Positions 25,440-38,615 are shown, counted from the first letter of the stretch. The stretch is DNA of 64,000 nucleotides from Octopus sinensis (GCF_006345805.1 NC_043021.1:24304001-24368000), one strand, 5' to 3'. Numbers and translations: made by a program. Notes: generated by a model from the sequence alone, not told the origin.

Positions 25440-25806
25440 AATTTGACAAATTGAATAACAATTTTACTTTATTCTTTTATTCGTTAATTGTTTCAGACAA
25501 TTGACTGTGGCTATGCTGGAGCACCGCAAATTGACCCCCAGGACTTTCTGTAGCCTGCAACTTATATCATCGGTTTCTTTTTGTTGAACAGCTACGTTAT
25601 GGGGAGTAAACACACCAACACCGGTTGTCAAGTAGTATGGGGGGGGTGACAAACGCAGACACAAAGACATGCACATCTCTCTCTCTCTGTCTCTCTCTCT
25701 CTCTCTGTATATATTTATATATATATATATACGACGGGCTACTTTCAGTTTCCACTTGCCCAAGGCACCACGCAGGGTAACTGAACCCAGAACTATGTGG
25801 TTGGGA
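25440..25806 (-). mobile_element. SINE family A, degenerate and deleted
   Basis: gactgtggctatgctggagcaccgc..gacgggctactttcagtttcc..cttgcccaagg. Confidence 0.75.
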
Positions 25807-26171
25807 ATCTGTCAGAATACAAAGACCAGACCCCACCAGGCATCTGAACCAACCTTTAACAATTCCACCATTGCACTAAACTGGGGAAGTACTTTTTTAT
25901 CGACCTGGAAGTAATGAGAGGTGATGTTGACTTACGTGAGGTTTGAAATCAAAGAGCAGAGAGCTGAAACAGAAAACCGCTTGGCATTATGTCTGATGCC
26001 CTCAGAAATTTGGCAATTCACAATCTCTCCCTTTTTCTCCCTCTCACTTTTTCCCTCTTTTTAACTCTCCATCTGTACATAAATATACATATCTGTATGT
26101 GTTCAGACTTATATCTGTATGTATATGCCTGGATATGTATTTGTATATATGTATGTGTGTATGCATAATTA

Positions 26172-26208
<37 letters not shown>

Positions 26209-26230
26209 CATATATAATATATATATATAT

Positions 26231-26300
<70 letters not shown>

Positions 26301-26380
26301 ACAATCATTATCACTATGGGCTCCGTGTGGGCAGTCATCTAAAAGTTTTTGTTCATCTTGATGCTGACATAAGTTCCTTG

Positions 26381-26467
26381 TTATTCCTGATGAGAAGGCG
26401 GCATAATGCACCCCTTATTCCTTCGAAATTAGGAATATGCAGCCTTCGAAACATATGTCGAGAATAA
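26381..26467 (+). ncRNA. Type I hammerhead ribozyme, canonical core, long stem II
   Basis: UUAUUC-CUGAUGA-GAAGGC[..UAUUCCU/AGGAAUA..]GCCUUC-GAA-ACAUAUGU-C/GAGAAUAA: 6-bp base of stem II, palindromic stem III, GUC triplet (cut after 26459), bulged stem I. Confidence 0.85.
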
Positions 26468-27514
26468 AGGAATTTTGTTAATTCGTCGTTCAACTCCATT
26501 CTTTCATTTATTTGTATTTAAAAAAAAACACACAAATTTCCACACGAAAGCACGTGATCTCTGCCCTTGGCATGTAGCTTCAACAGTGTTTTTCTGACGT
26601 GAATTTGCTACCCAGGTATTGGTTAACCGAATTATCCATAATAAGATAATTCATTCAACTACTCAAATATTTATATATATATATATGTATATATATCATA
26701 CAAATAAGGAGAAACTGATGCAGAACGAAGTTGCAAAGGGGAATACTTTTCCCTTTATGAACGACACACTTTCAAAGTATTATTGAGAAATATTCTTTAT
26801 AAAAGAATAACCAAATGAAATAATTGCTTCACTAGAATAGCAAAAGCACCTGCTAAAACCTTTCTCAATACAATTTATCTGATTTGTTTCTCAAGTGTTG
26901 AACAGCAAATTGATTTTTGAACATTTGTCTATCGACGTTTTTTTTTTTTTCTCTTCTCTTTATCAATGGTTTTCATTAGCCTTAAAAACTGCAACTCGGA
27001 AGTCGTTTAAACTGAAAGTTTCAATGAAATTGTAATATATTAAATCTAATTTCTCATTTTTCAAATCTAAAGACTTAGGAGGTAAGAATGAAAATCCTAT
27101 TTGTTGCAAAAACAAAACGGAAAAGAATAAAGAAAATTCCTCGATTATGACTGTTGGTCGGTTGCTTTGCTTCAGTAATTTTATTACAGTTTGCAGCGTT
27201 ACATTCACTGATGGCCGACCTAATGAGGAGGACAGTTATTTTATGTACATACATATGCGTGCGCGCGTGTGTGTGTGAAGGCACGTGGCCTAATGGTTTT
27301 GAGTGTTTTAATCACGTTCGTAAGAAGGTAATTTCGAATTGAGCGGCGGCGGGCGTTGCGCTGTGTTTTTGAGAGAAACTCTTTCTCTCACGATGCTGCT
27401 CTGAGGTGCAGCACAGCGTACTCCTGCACAAGCAATGACGATTTGAAGGAGCGGGGGGAGGGGGTCGAATGAACATCACAACATCACAAACAATTGATCA
27501 CTGAAAACTATTGG

Positions 27515-27930
27515 TTCTTTTATGTTCTTTTATTCTCTTACTTGTTTCAGTCATTGACTGCGGCCATGCTGGAGCACCGCCTTCAGTCGAGCAAATCGAC
27601 CCCTGAACTTATTCTTTGTAAGACTAGTACTTATTCTATCGGTCTATTTTGCCGCTAAGTTATGGGGACATAAACACACCAGCACCGGTTGTCAAGCGAT
27701 GTTGCGGGGGACAAACACAGACACACAAACATATACACACACACACATATATATATACATATATACAACTGGCTTCTTTCAGTTTCCGTCTACCAAATCC
27801 ACTCACAAGGCTTTGGTCGGCCCGAGGCTATAGTAGAAGACAGTTACCCAAGGTGCCACGCAGTGGGACTGAACCCGGAACCATGTGGTTGGTAAGCAAG
27901 CTACTTACCACACAGCCACTCCTACGCCTA
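27515..27930 (-). mobile_element. SINE family A, full length
   Basis: Complete head-to-tail match. Confidence 0.9.
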
Positions 27931-27984
27931 TGTGTAAGTTGTTCAGTAACAAGTTTACAACAGAGGAAACCGTCATATATATAC

Positions 27985-28038
<54 letters not shown>

Positions 28039-28039
28039 T

Positions 28040-28082
<43 letters not shown>

Positions 28083-28149
28083 ATATATATATATCTATAT
28101 ATATATATATATATATGCATACACACACACATATATATATACTAGCAGT

Positions 28150-28690
28150 AATAATTTTACAAATTTTGACAGTCTTGGAGTCAGTTTTCTCCTTTCAGGT
28201 TTTGAGAAGCCTAATTTTTCAAGGTTGATTTGTATGGAGTTCGTTACATATCTCAGTAGCCCAATAAATACAGATATAAACCGGAACTTGTAATCCGGGT
28301 TGAGTAACTGTAAGGTTCTCAATAGTTCAGCGTAGGTGTTTTCCTTCTTCCCCCAATCTTTAGATTTATGTTGACAACCGCTGGACAGAGGGTTCCTACT
28401 ACTGTGCATAGTTTCTCTTATCCATCCCAAATCACTACGCCTCATCTGTTACGTTTAAATTCTATTGAGGTCTTCACAGAGACAGTCCAACAGTGCCCTT
28501 TCATATTATGAGTGGCTATGACTTCTACCATACGGTAGGTTCTTATATCTTTGGCCTCAGGATTACCCTATCGGTGGATCTCATTATACAGTGTCTCACT
28601 ATACGGTATTTCTAGAAACTCACATCGACTTTACTTCTACAATCCCTTCATGGGATGCATCCATATTAATCGTTATTAGTGTTACATGCA
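28150..28690 (-). mobile_element. RLE-type non-LTR retrotransposon 3' fragment (distinct family)
   Basis: Frameshifted TLYNEIHR..NPEAK..VVIWD..CTVV..CPAVVNINLK..ENTYAELLRTLQLLNPDYKFRFISVFIG..LEKLGFSK, consistent with a PD-(D/E)xK restriction-like endonuclease C-terminus. Confidence 0.75.
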
Positions 28691-29981
28691 GCTAAATTAC
28701 ATATGCTTCCCTGATGATGTATAATACGACCGAAACATGACCATTGCTTTTGCCTTTTCGAATTGAATGTGAGTTGTCTAACAACTCACATTCAATATTG
28801 TTGGAATCATTTCATGTTTTTAGTTTTTAAACAACCCGTGAGCAAATTCCTGTCAAGTAAATTCTTCGGTTATTTCCGTTGAGAGATTTTCCACCTCAAC
28901 AGATTACATATGCAAAACTCTCCACTTCCCGGTAACGTAATATTAGTTACACATAAACTTCAAGAACTTTACGGCTTGAACGTTTTTGATCGCAGTCCTT
29001 AAGACTGACCTACGAATAAGTGATACTAACAATAACGGATATTTCAACAGTACATTTTTATATTGGTACAATGGAGTCGAGCCCCAGGAGTTGTCTGCTC
29101 CTCCTTGTATTACATACTCTTCAGATGAATGAAAAGCCAGGCCGTGTTTGGTGGAATCTGGTGAAATTTGAACATGAGGCATGAGACTCACATCTTTTAC
29201 GTTATACGAATGGGATTGTATATTATACGAGTGTATACATGAGCTTTTATACACGAGTGTCTTTTTAATATGATGCTTCAAAACACGCATTTCTCGATAC
29301 ACACGAACATACATATACAAGCACTGACCACTCTACACACACACATACATACATACACACGCAAAGCTTCACGCCCACTCATACAGCCATTCACACACAC
29401 ACATATACATGTGTGTATACACATATAACACACGCGTATATTGTTCCTATTATTCTCTGATCAGCGTAATCTCCTTAAGACTGATCGATTTAGCTACAAG
29501 GTCGATGTCCTTTTGCGCTGGTGGTTAACAACCGAATTAGACATCGCTTATTTGGTAACAATTTTGGAAACATTGTTTATGGATTTGGTTTAACGAAATC
29601 TAGAGAATGTGAGAAGGCGGGGTTTTTTGTGTTGCAAAAGATGGGTTTCTATTGTCATGTTATTTATTTATTTATTTCTGAGAATGTAAGTATTTTTCTT
29701 GTTATTTTCTTGTTATTTATACTGATGTTTCAATTTCGCCCCAATTTAAACCGGAAAAAACAATTACGAGACTTTTTAATTTTTAAAAAATGATTCAAGT
29801 AATTGGAAATAAAACTTAATTAGAAAAAAAAAGCAAGAATTCCTTTTCTGTCTTGATGGTTGACGTTGTTATTGCAGCTGCTGTTGCGGCCATAGCTGTC
29901 GGTCATGCTGTTGTTGTTGTCATCGCTGCAGTCGTTGCCAACGATGTACATGTTAATAGCAAATATATTCATCTCGCTCGT

Positions 29982-30369
29982 CGTGGAGGCGCAATAGCCC
30001 AGTGGTTAGGGCAGCGGACTCGCGGTCATAGGATCGCGGTTTCGATTCCCAGAGCGGGCGTTGTGAGTGTTTATTGAGCGAAAACACCTAAAGCCCAACG
30101 AGGCTCCGGCAGGGGATGGTGGTGATCCCTGCTGTACTCTTTCACCACAACTTTCTCTCACTCTTACTTCCTGTTTCTGTTGTACCTGTATTTCAAGGGG
30201 CCGGCCTTGTCACTCTCTGTGTCACGCCGAATATCCCCGAGAACTACGTTAAGGGTACACGTGTCTGTGGAGTGCTCAGCCACTTACACGTTAATTTCAC
30301 GAGCAGGCTGTTCCGTTGATTCGGATCAACCGGAACTCTCATCGTCGTAACCGACGGAGTGCTTCCATT
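29982..30369 (+). mobile_element. SINE family B (tRNA-derived), full length with 11-bp TSD
   Basis: A box GGCGCAATAGCCCAGTGGTTAGG, B box GGTTTCGATTCCC. TSD atctcgctcgt at 29971-29981 and 30370-30380. Confidence 0.9.
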
Positions 30370-30654
30370 ATCTCGCTCGTAAATGGCGCCTTCATCCATC
30401 TCTCTGTTTCTTTTGACAATCTTTCTACCGGCAAGTACAGTGATTGATAGTATCGATTTATGCCATCCACAAAATTTACAGGTTTTGAGCCATAATTGTA
30501 AACCATTAAATGTGGCGAGTGGGCAGAATCTGCAGAGCAGGTGTACCGGCCGTTTACGTTCTGATTTCAAATTACGCTACGTTGAACTTGGCCTTTTCTC
30601 CTTTCGGGGTCCATGATATTGACTAAGCCAACTTCACTTAAAATTACAGGCCTT

Positions 30655-30912
30655 GTGTCATATGAGTTTTCTATCATTCCCAATGCTCCAGTTATTATTG
30701 GTATTGTTTTTAACTTCACGCCCCACATTTTACACATTTCAGTTTCGATATCTTTGTACTTCGATAATTTCTCCACTTTTTTTTACAACATTGTGATCAG
30801 AAAGGACTGCTATGTCCATCAGTAAGAACCCTTCTGTCTCTTCTTTTAGTCCTGAGCTTCTTAACCGTTGTTGGGATTTTACTTTGTCTATTTCACTTTG
30901 TTTATTATAGCC
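30655..30912 (-). mobile_element. R4/Dong-type fragment with large internal deletion
   Basis: SQQRLRSSGLKEETEGFLL is fused directly to MDIAVLSDHNVV..EKLSKYKDIETEMCKMWGVKLKTIPIITGALGMI. The zinc knuckle and the PD motif are absent. Confidence 0.8.
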
Positions 30913-30915
30913 CAT

Positions 30916-31915
30916 TATAAGGAGTGAAAGGAGAACGCTTGGTGAGTATTTGATAAATAGTAATGAAGACCTGCTGCAATATGCCGCGAAAGATATGGAG
31001 GTAAATGCAGATGAAATGATGGGCAAGGAAGAGTTTAACCAAAGAGCTGAGGAGAAGAGAAAAGAAGACCTTCTCGAAACGAGAATGCATGAACAGTTTG
31101 AAAGGAATACACAGGACGTTAAGGATAATACAGCATCGTGGGAATGGCTTGAGCGAGGTGATTTGAAGCATACCACCGAAAGCCTGATCATTGCTGCACG
31201 AGACCAGGCTCTCGCTACCAATTCAGTGAAATATAACATCTATGAAACTTCTGACAACAAGAAATGCGGACTCTATGGAAGGAGTGTGGAAAATGTGACT
31301 CACTTGGTAAGTAGATGTGAGAGTCTTGCACAAAAAGGAAACAAGCGCCGCCACGATAAAGTGTGTGTGTGTCTTCATTGGCTCTTATGGAGTAAATACC
31401 AATATGAAGTAACAGAAAAGTGGTCTGAGCATGTACCAAGTAAAGTCATGCAGGAGGATAGAAAAGTAACGATACTCTGGGACTATGATTTTCAGACGGA
31501 TCATGTAATCGAACACCGTCGGCCGGATATTGTGATAAGAGAAACAATAACTCTCAGATCATTGATGTAGCCATACCAAATGACATGAATGTTGTGAGTA
31601 AAAAGGTTGAAAGGAAAAATCATCAAGTACTCCGAATTTAAATTGGAAATGGCAAGACCGTATGGAATGCGAGGGTAATGTAAAAGGGATACCAGTGGTG
31701 ATCGGAATGTTGGGCTCAATCCCATTGAAGCTTCAAAACTTCTTAAAGCAACTGGAAATCCCATGCAAGATTGATGTCCTGCAAAAAGCAGTGTTATTGG
31801 GCACAGTGCACATCTCGAGGAAAGTATTATCTGTGTGAGGTCCTTGTTGTGACTTGACGGATGACTAAAAACTCCGATGCATGTTTACCTACATTGTGTT
31901 ATGAAGGAGTAAGAA
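30916..31915 (+). mobile_element. R4/Dong-type LINE 3' portion (family b), pseudogene
   Basis: ORF 30950-31570: LIIAARDQALATN, degenerate CCHC, ILWDYDFQTDHVIEHRRPDIVI. Frameshifted to VLQKAVLLGTVHISRKVLSV*, then 3' UTR and (TAA)n. Confidence 0.92.
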
Positions 31916-31962
31916 TAATAATATTAATAAAAAATATAATAACAATAATAATAATAATAATA

Positions 31963-32000
<38 letters not shown>

Positions 32001-32015
32001 TAATAATAATAATAA

Positions 32016-32753
32016 AATGAAACCATTGATCATGTTGTCTCGAAGTGCAGTCTTCTTGCGCCAACAGAGTATCTCAACAGGCATGATATAGCTGCACAAT
32101 ATATTCACTGGGTAATTTGCAAAAGCCTGGATTTACCCCATGATAAAAACTGGTGGGAACACAAACCACCTCCAGTGCTTGAAAATGACCACATCTCACT
32201 CCTCTGGAACTTCACCATTCAAACCATTAGAAAGATAGACGCGAATAGGCCAGACATCATAGTAAAAGACTTCAGACAAAAAACACGCCTCCTCATTGAT
32301 ATGACTGTCCCAATCGATATAAACGTATCTGTCAAGACCTACCAGAAACTGAGCAAATATAAAGATCTGGAAATAGAAATCAGCAAAATGTGGAACCTGA
32401 AAATTAAAACAATGCCTGTTGTCATAGGTGCCCTGGGAATGATAGCAAAAGGGACCGATTGCTACCAAACTCAGATACCAGGAAACCCCAAAATGGCAGA
32501 AATTCAAAAAATAGTGCTCATGGGAACTGCTCATATCCTACACAAATTACTTTCTATGTAATCTCAAGTTTTAAAACAAACATAATTTTCGTATGTTTTT
32601 TTTAGGCATTCGTTAGTACAACACTAAGTACAAAACCAAATATATGGCACCCTAGGCATAACACCAACATGAACTTCCAACTTGTTGTATCTTGAGGTCT
32701 CTGGGTGAGACTTGGAGCCAGCTTGTGCAAATGTAAAGCAAAAGTCAAACATA

Positions 32754-32755
<2 letters not shown>
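32016..32755 (+). mobile_element. R4/Dong-type LINE 3' end (family c), stop-free for ~181 codons, flanked by (TAA)n on both sides
   Basis: NETIDHVVSKC..RHD..LLWNFTIQTIRKIDANRPDIIVKD..LIDMTVP..KLSKYKDL..GALG..TAHILHKLLSM* (32016-32561), then 3' UTR and (TAA)n. Confidence 0.93.
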
Positions 32756-32820
<65 letters not shown>

Positions 32821-33267
32821 GATAACAACAACAGCAGAAGAAGCAAAAAATATAAGCTTTCAATATTATATGGTGTTAAATGTGTTTGACGTAAGACCAA
32901 CAATGGCTGACAACCTTCTCTTTAATACAGCATCACTTATGAATTATGAATCTAGCTTTAAATATTTGTATCTTACACGAAAATGACCTCTTAATTTTAA
33001 ATGCCGATGATGTGATTCATGTAGAACGGAATGGTGGTAGTGGTATGAGTCGGGTAGGGATAGTGAGGGATAGTGAGACGTGGAGATATTGAATTAAAAG
33101 TGAAACTTTCTTTAAAATTCTACCAGAGTGTAATCAAGGGCATAATTACGGTTTTCTTAATGTGTAGACAGGTAATTTTAACAAATCATAATCTCGTTTA
33201 GATATAAAGTGGCAATGATAAATATTACTTTGATTCATATAGTGGCTTATCTGTATAAAGGAAAACA

Positions 33268-33408
<141 letters not shown>

Positions 33409-33594
33409 GAAATGTGGCCATTTTGTACGTTTTCGCGTTCTGATGTTCTATTTCCATCTGTTGCAACTTTGTATTTCATCCTTTCTGGGTCGGTAAACTA
33501 GATACCAGCTGAGCACTGAGGCCGATGTAAATTACTTAGTTACCCCATCCCGAAATCCCTGGCATTGGGCCAAATTTCGAAACCATTATTATCA

Positions 33595-34440
33595 TTATTA
33601 TTAATCTAGTACATGCTAATTTGATTAGCAGGTTTATTATCTTGATGTTCAAATCTGAAGAATCCTGATTAGGATGGTTCCAGAACATAGGATGGTACGT
33701 ATCTTCCGGTCAAGAATGCAAGCCTAAATTCCAATATCTTTCAGTCCCTTAGGTAGCAATCTGGGTTTTGTGTCAAGTACACCAATTAATACAGGAATAA
33801 TTAGGGTCTTATTCTTCTACAATCTCTTCAGTTCTCAGACTAGATTTTGATATCTCTCAATCCAATTTCTTTGGTACCAACTCTGTTATCCTGGAGGATT
33901 GCAAAGTCTATGAAGTTTCACTGTTTAATTTGTCCTTTATAATCACATCTGAAGCTTCTTGCTTCAAATATTATGGTCATTTTTTTTTTATGAATTGACA
34001 ATGTGCTCCCATTTCTTTTGTTCTGTTGTTCTTATTTCTCTCTGAATTGTTTTAATTATTTTTGCACATCCGTAGCTACTAAAAGTATTCTTATTTTACT
34101 CTTCAGAACATAAATTTTCGGAACCAGAAGAGCAGTATTAACAGTCTCTTCTGTGTTTAATAATCCTCTGCCATTTTCCTTTCTTGGTAAGAAGAGTTTG
34201 TCTGAATTTCTTTTAAGATGTTATGCATTGTATAATGTAAGCAAATTTATAGTTCTATCCAAGTTTTTTAGCTCGACCTTTATCCATTTCAGAGAGGGAG
34301 CGGAATATTCTAATTCTGGCATAACTCGTATTTACTGCTTCGCTGATATTCCTTCCATTTAATTTAGGTTTTTAGCACCTTACTAACTCTTCTGATGTCG
34401 CCTTGTAATTTTATGTTGTCAGTTTTTCTTCTGGCCTCTC
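33595..34440 (-). mobile_element. Old R4/Dong-type fragment with internal deletion
   Basis: KLNGRNISEAVNT..LEYSAP..LFLPRKENGRGL, then degenerate IIKDK..DFAI..TKE..IIPVLIG, with a TAA-like tail. Confidence 0.7.
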
Positions 34441-34489
34441 TTCATAATAATAATATTAATAGCAGCAGCAGCAGCAGCAGCAGTAGTGA

Positions 34490-34539
<50 letters not shown>

Positions 34540-35377
34540 AACCATCTTCTATGCATGGATGATTTTATAAATTTTCATGAACAAGGCAGTGGACAATAAT
34601 GCCAAAGCGACACAGATATGAAGCAATTTAATCGGCAGTGAAAACACTGCACTCCACATCGACATAGAAATCAGATAGGTAGACCACAAACGCCCGTACG
34701 GATCTCTAGGAATAGACGAAACAACTAAAATACAACACAGAAAAAGGAAAGAGAAAATTAGGAGAGAATATTACAGAAGATTTGACTAATATTAAACATT
34801 GAACTCCATGCTAAAATTAAGATAATAGGGATAAATAAGCTCACCGTACTAGTCAGAAATTACAGTTTCAACAGAATAAACTGGAAGATAAGTGAATTGA
34901 GAAACTTAGACAGAAAAGCCAGAAAACTATTAACATTGTACCGGAGTCACCATCTCAAAGCAGAGACAGACAGAATATATCTACCCCGCTCATAAGGGGA
35001 TCGTGGCCTGACACAACTAGAGAACTACAATAAATAGCAACAGTTGAACTAGAAAAGGACTTACAACCAAAAGGTGAAAGAATACTACATGTAATGCGAG
35101 AAACAGAAAACACTTTTCTCTATACACAAGGAAGCGAAAAATACAAAACAAACTAGATTAGTAGATTAACCTTAGATGACAATATAGCAGAAATGGTCGA
35201 CAAGACAGAAATCAATATGAAAACAGAACTACAAAACATACATTGGAGAGTAAAATTACCCCATGGCCAATACACAGCAAGGTTTGACAAAGAAGTGAAC
35301 CTAGGTAAAAGACAACAATGGCTCAAAAGCGTTGGCCTAAAAACTGAAACTTAAGGACTGATTCTTGTTGCAAAAGG
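34540..35377 (+). mobile_element. Old R4/Dong-type RT fragment
   Basis: NHLLCMDD (YMDD motif), YGSLGI, INWKISELRNLDRKARKLLT..DRIYLPRS..RGL, QQWLKSVGLKTET*GLI. Confidence 0.8.
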
Positions 35378-36517
35378 AAATTTCCTCTGTTATAAGTGAT
35401 GTCACAGAAAATCATACAGAAAAAAGACATTCAGTTGTAGAATATGAAAAACAACGAAGGATTCCTCAAACAGGTAACATCTCCATTTTAGCGAAGATAT
35501 TTTGTTAATCCACTTTGAGATTTAGTTTCTAATTTGTGGAATAATTGTATTCTTTAAAAGTGCCATGGATTTTATGGAAGAAATACATTTTGGGATAATT
35601 TGTGTAATTTTCAAGCAGAACCGTATTCGACTCAGCCATATTCACACTTGGTGAAATTTGAACTGCACTTTGCGTTTATCTTGAATATTCAAGCGTAACA
35701 TTTTAAGGACTTTATGTTAAGAATAAAATCAAAGGTTCTGTAATTTACGTAAAAGATAGTAAAACGCTTTGATCAGCAATTAATTCTACTTAATGAGTAA
35801 CAGGCTGCTCCAGTTGTCAAAGTAATTACAGATGAATGGCGGTAATATAAAAGAATGACTTTATATAATTATCAAATATCTTTTGTTTAATCACACCTGA
35901 TATTACTGACTCCTCTCTTATACAAACAGTGATGAAGAATTTCTGGCAAACGCCTGCCCTCTCATCGAATGTCGTAAAGTTTTAATTGGAAACTTTGCAA
36001 CAATGGAAGATGTCACTTTCGATAAGTTCGACGAGGAAATAAAATTTCTTAAAAAGATTTTAATTATTACTTCTTTCTTTTTTTTTTTTATTTTTGGAGG
36101 GGCCACCGATAAACTCATTTTTCAACAGTTTCAAACTGTTTGCGATGATATTTGTTATCATGATAAACGGCGGTGCATCAGCATGGCCGCAGCTCTGAGC
36201 TGAAAGTAGAGAGAAAAAAATACACTTGACGCCAGGTTTAAAAAATAACTTTGTATATTGTAAACTTTAAAATGCGATACAGTATGTTGGTAGTTTCCAT
36301 GAATACACCTTTATTTAGAATTCATGATAAATATTCACCTTCCTATTAAACTAAAAGTTTATTAATAAGTTTATTTCTTTCAAGTTTTCAGGGACTAAAA
36401 TTTATTTCTTATAAAAAGAAAATCAATGAAAGAAAAATTGTCATCGTCTATTTCCATTAAGGATCTCACTGAAATAAGGTTTCATTAATTACGAGTATGT
36501 TCTTCAATTACCATCAC

Positions 36518-36690
36518 ATAATTCCGGATTCAGTCCCACTGCGTAGCACCTTGGGCAAGTGTTTTCTACTATAGCCTCGGGCCGACCAAAGCCTTGTGAG
36601 TGGATTTGGTAGACGGAAACTGAAAGAAGCCCGTCGTATATATGTATATATATTTTTATGTGTATGTGTTTGTGTGTCTGTGTTTGTCAC
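36518..36690 (+). mobile_element. SINE family A, 5' half
   Basis: ggattcagtcccactgcgtagcaccttgggcaagt..gaaactgaaagaagcccgtc. Confidence 0.85.
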
Positions 36691-37427
36691 CACTTTCGTT
36701 ATTTAAACCTTTTACTAGTGTTGTATATCGTTTCGACCTTTTGATAATAAAATGATGTCGTGAATATCTCCACGGATATAACATCATTAATAATGGTTTT
36801 GCATTGATAAGCTCGGTGGAAATTGCCTGTGAAGTAGAGATAGATTTTAGCGTGAATATTCAAACAAAAATATAAGTGTTTTATGGTAACAATAGAAACA
36901 AGGCTTGTTTAACATATGTAAAGAATATTAAGAGTATTTGCTAAGCAATTAAAACTAATTATTCAGCAATAGGTTGTTCCAGGTGTCAAAGTAATTACGG
37001 TTGAATAGTATGAATCTAATAGAATAACTAGATTTAATTATCAACATCTGACTGATAATTATTCTATTTGATATTATTCACCTCGTTACGGGTTCATGAA
37101 CTAACGAGGCTGACGAATTTCTGACAAACGATTAGAAATTCATTAAAAATGATTCTTTCATAGTTGAAGGAAATAAAGTACTCCCACCCTAAACATATAT
37201 GAACAGCGAACATTGAGTGTTTGATGAGCTGAGGTGAGTCACATCCGGACGATACGAGGCATGAATTTAATATGAGTTACAGGACATCTGGTAAAAGATA
37301 TCAGTCAGTGAATATGAATATGAATTAGTAGGAGAGGGCTTCGGAGAGAATGGGAGTCTGAAGATATGACAAGGAAGGTTGAAAAATTAGAAAAAGAATA
37401 ACAAATCAATGATAATAAGAAGGAACT

Positions 37428-37466
<39 letters not shown>

Positions 37467-37538
37467 CACACACACACACACACACACGCACACATACACA
37501 CACGAATGAATAATAACAGACAGTGGATAAATGTCAGT

Positions 37539-37621
37539 TCATTACAGCCGTTTCGTACGCATTTTTAATAGATGAATGAGTACATTACATCATTGCAAAA
37601 GAAAACGCATTCCTCAGATGA
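37539..37621 (-). ncRNA. Type I hammerhead ribozyme, long stem II
   Basis: UCAU-CUGAGGA-AUGCGUUUU..AAAAAUGCGUAC-GAA-ACGGCUGU-A/AUGA. Confidence 0.65.
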
Positions 37622-38165
37622 TACATATAATTTCGAAACAATAGAAGACCACTCCATGAACGGAGTGGGAAAACACCTATCGGCCAGTCGAATCTGACCG
37701 CCTATAATAATCTATAGGTGATCACCTATAATGTATTTGCTTTTATATTAGCATCCTACCTCTATATTTCTTTACCAGATAAAAACAATAGACTAAAACA
37801 CTACTCATCTGCAATTATTAGAATTAATAATGAGTTCCAATCCAACCCTCCCCCACCATAACCACCATTCCCTGTAAACTCCATAAATTCTGAACTGTAT
37901 CTCTCCTCTCATCTCTTTGGGCCTTTATCTTTAACAAGGGTATGCCACACTCCTATCTGGTACTTAATTGCCATTATTTACTTTGTCTTGGGTTCAATTC
38001 TTGCTATTCACATTCCTAATCCTAGTGTAATAAGACGAATAACATAATAATACGTATATAGTTACCTACACTTCACCTCTAGTTTTCCACAAGGAACGAG
38101 TCTAGCTGACTCCAACTTACACCCCTCTATTCCTGACCCTTTATATTGTTTTCAAATTATACGTA

Positions 38166-38247
38166 TCATATGATGAATATGGTTTTTCGCAATGATTGTA
38201 ATGTACTCATACATCTATTAAAACTGCGTACGAAACAGCTGTAATGA
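38166..38247 (+). ncRNA. Type I hammerhead ribozyme, C3A-mutated copy
   Basis: UCAU-AUGAUGA-..AAAACUGCGUAC-GAA-ACAGCUGU-A/AUGA, with a perfect palindromic stem III. Confidence 0.55.
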
Positions 38248-38487
38248 ACTGACATTTAACCTTCTTCTGTTATTCTTCATTTGCTCGTAATACACCAAGG
38301 GATTCACGACACGTCGGACATCTTAGAGTATACCAAGCAACGTATAAACAACACATGTGCTTTGGACTAGCCCCTGGGCGCTAAATACTCGTAGGGTGGG
38401 GTTTTCTCTATGTGCACAACCGGAATATTTTACGAGACATTTGTTCGACTTAAGTGTTTAGACCCTTGTGGGCAGTAAAGAAATAAG

Positions 38488-38615
38488 TAGTTCGCCTGCC
38501 GCTACGTTCTGATTTCAAATTCCGCCGAGGTCAACTTTGCCTTTCATCCATCCGGGTTCGATGAAATAAGTACCAGCTACGCACTGGATTCGATATGAAC
38601 GACTAGCCTCCTTCC
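38488..38615 (+). mobile_element. SINE family C fragment
   Basis: tacgttctgatttcaaattccgccgaggtcaactttgcctttcatcc matches 61198-61370. Confidence 0.8.

Larger units (their letters stand above)
37503..38290. mobile_element. Element with ~145-bp inverted termini, each carrying a hammerhead
   Basis: Arms 37503-37643 and 38144-38284 are diverged inverted copies around a ~500-bp C-rich interior. Confidence 0.75.

Noticed and set aside
28706-28745. CUGAUGA..GACC-GAAACAUGAC hammerhead (similar remnants at ~10430, ~20505 and ~42170)
   Set aside because: Stem II is partly deleted or U16.1/G8 is mutated and stem I is absent. Counted only as decayed remnants, not as ribozymes.
28943-29320. 125-aa minus-strand ORF, and CUGAAGA-GUAU GUA AUAC hammerhead-like start near 29120
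   Set aside because: The ORF has no recognisable homology. The motif lacks GAAA, a valid UH triplet and stem I.
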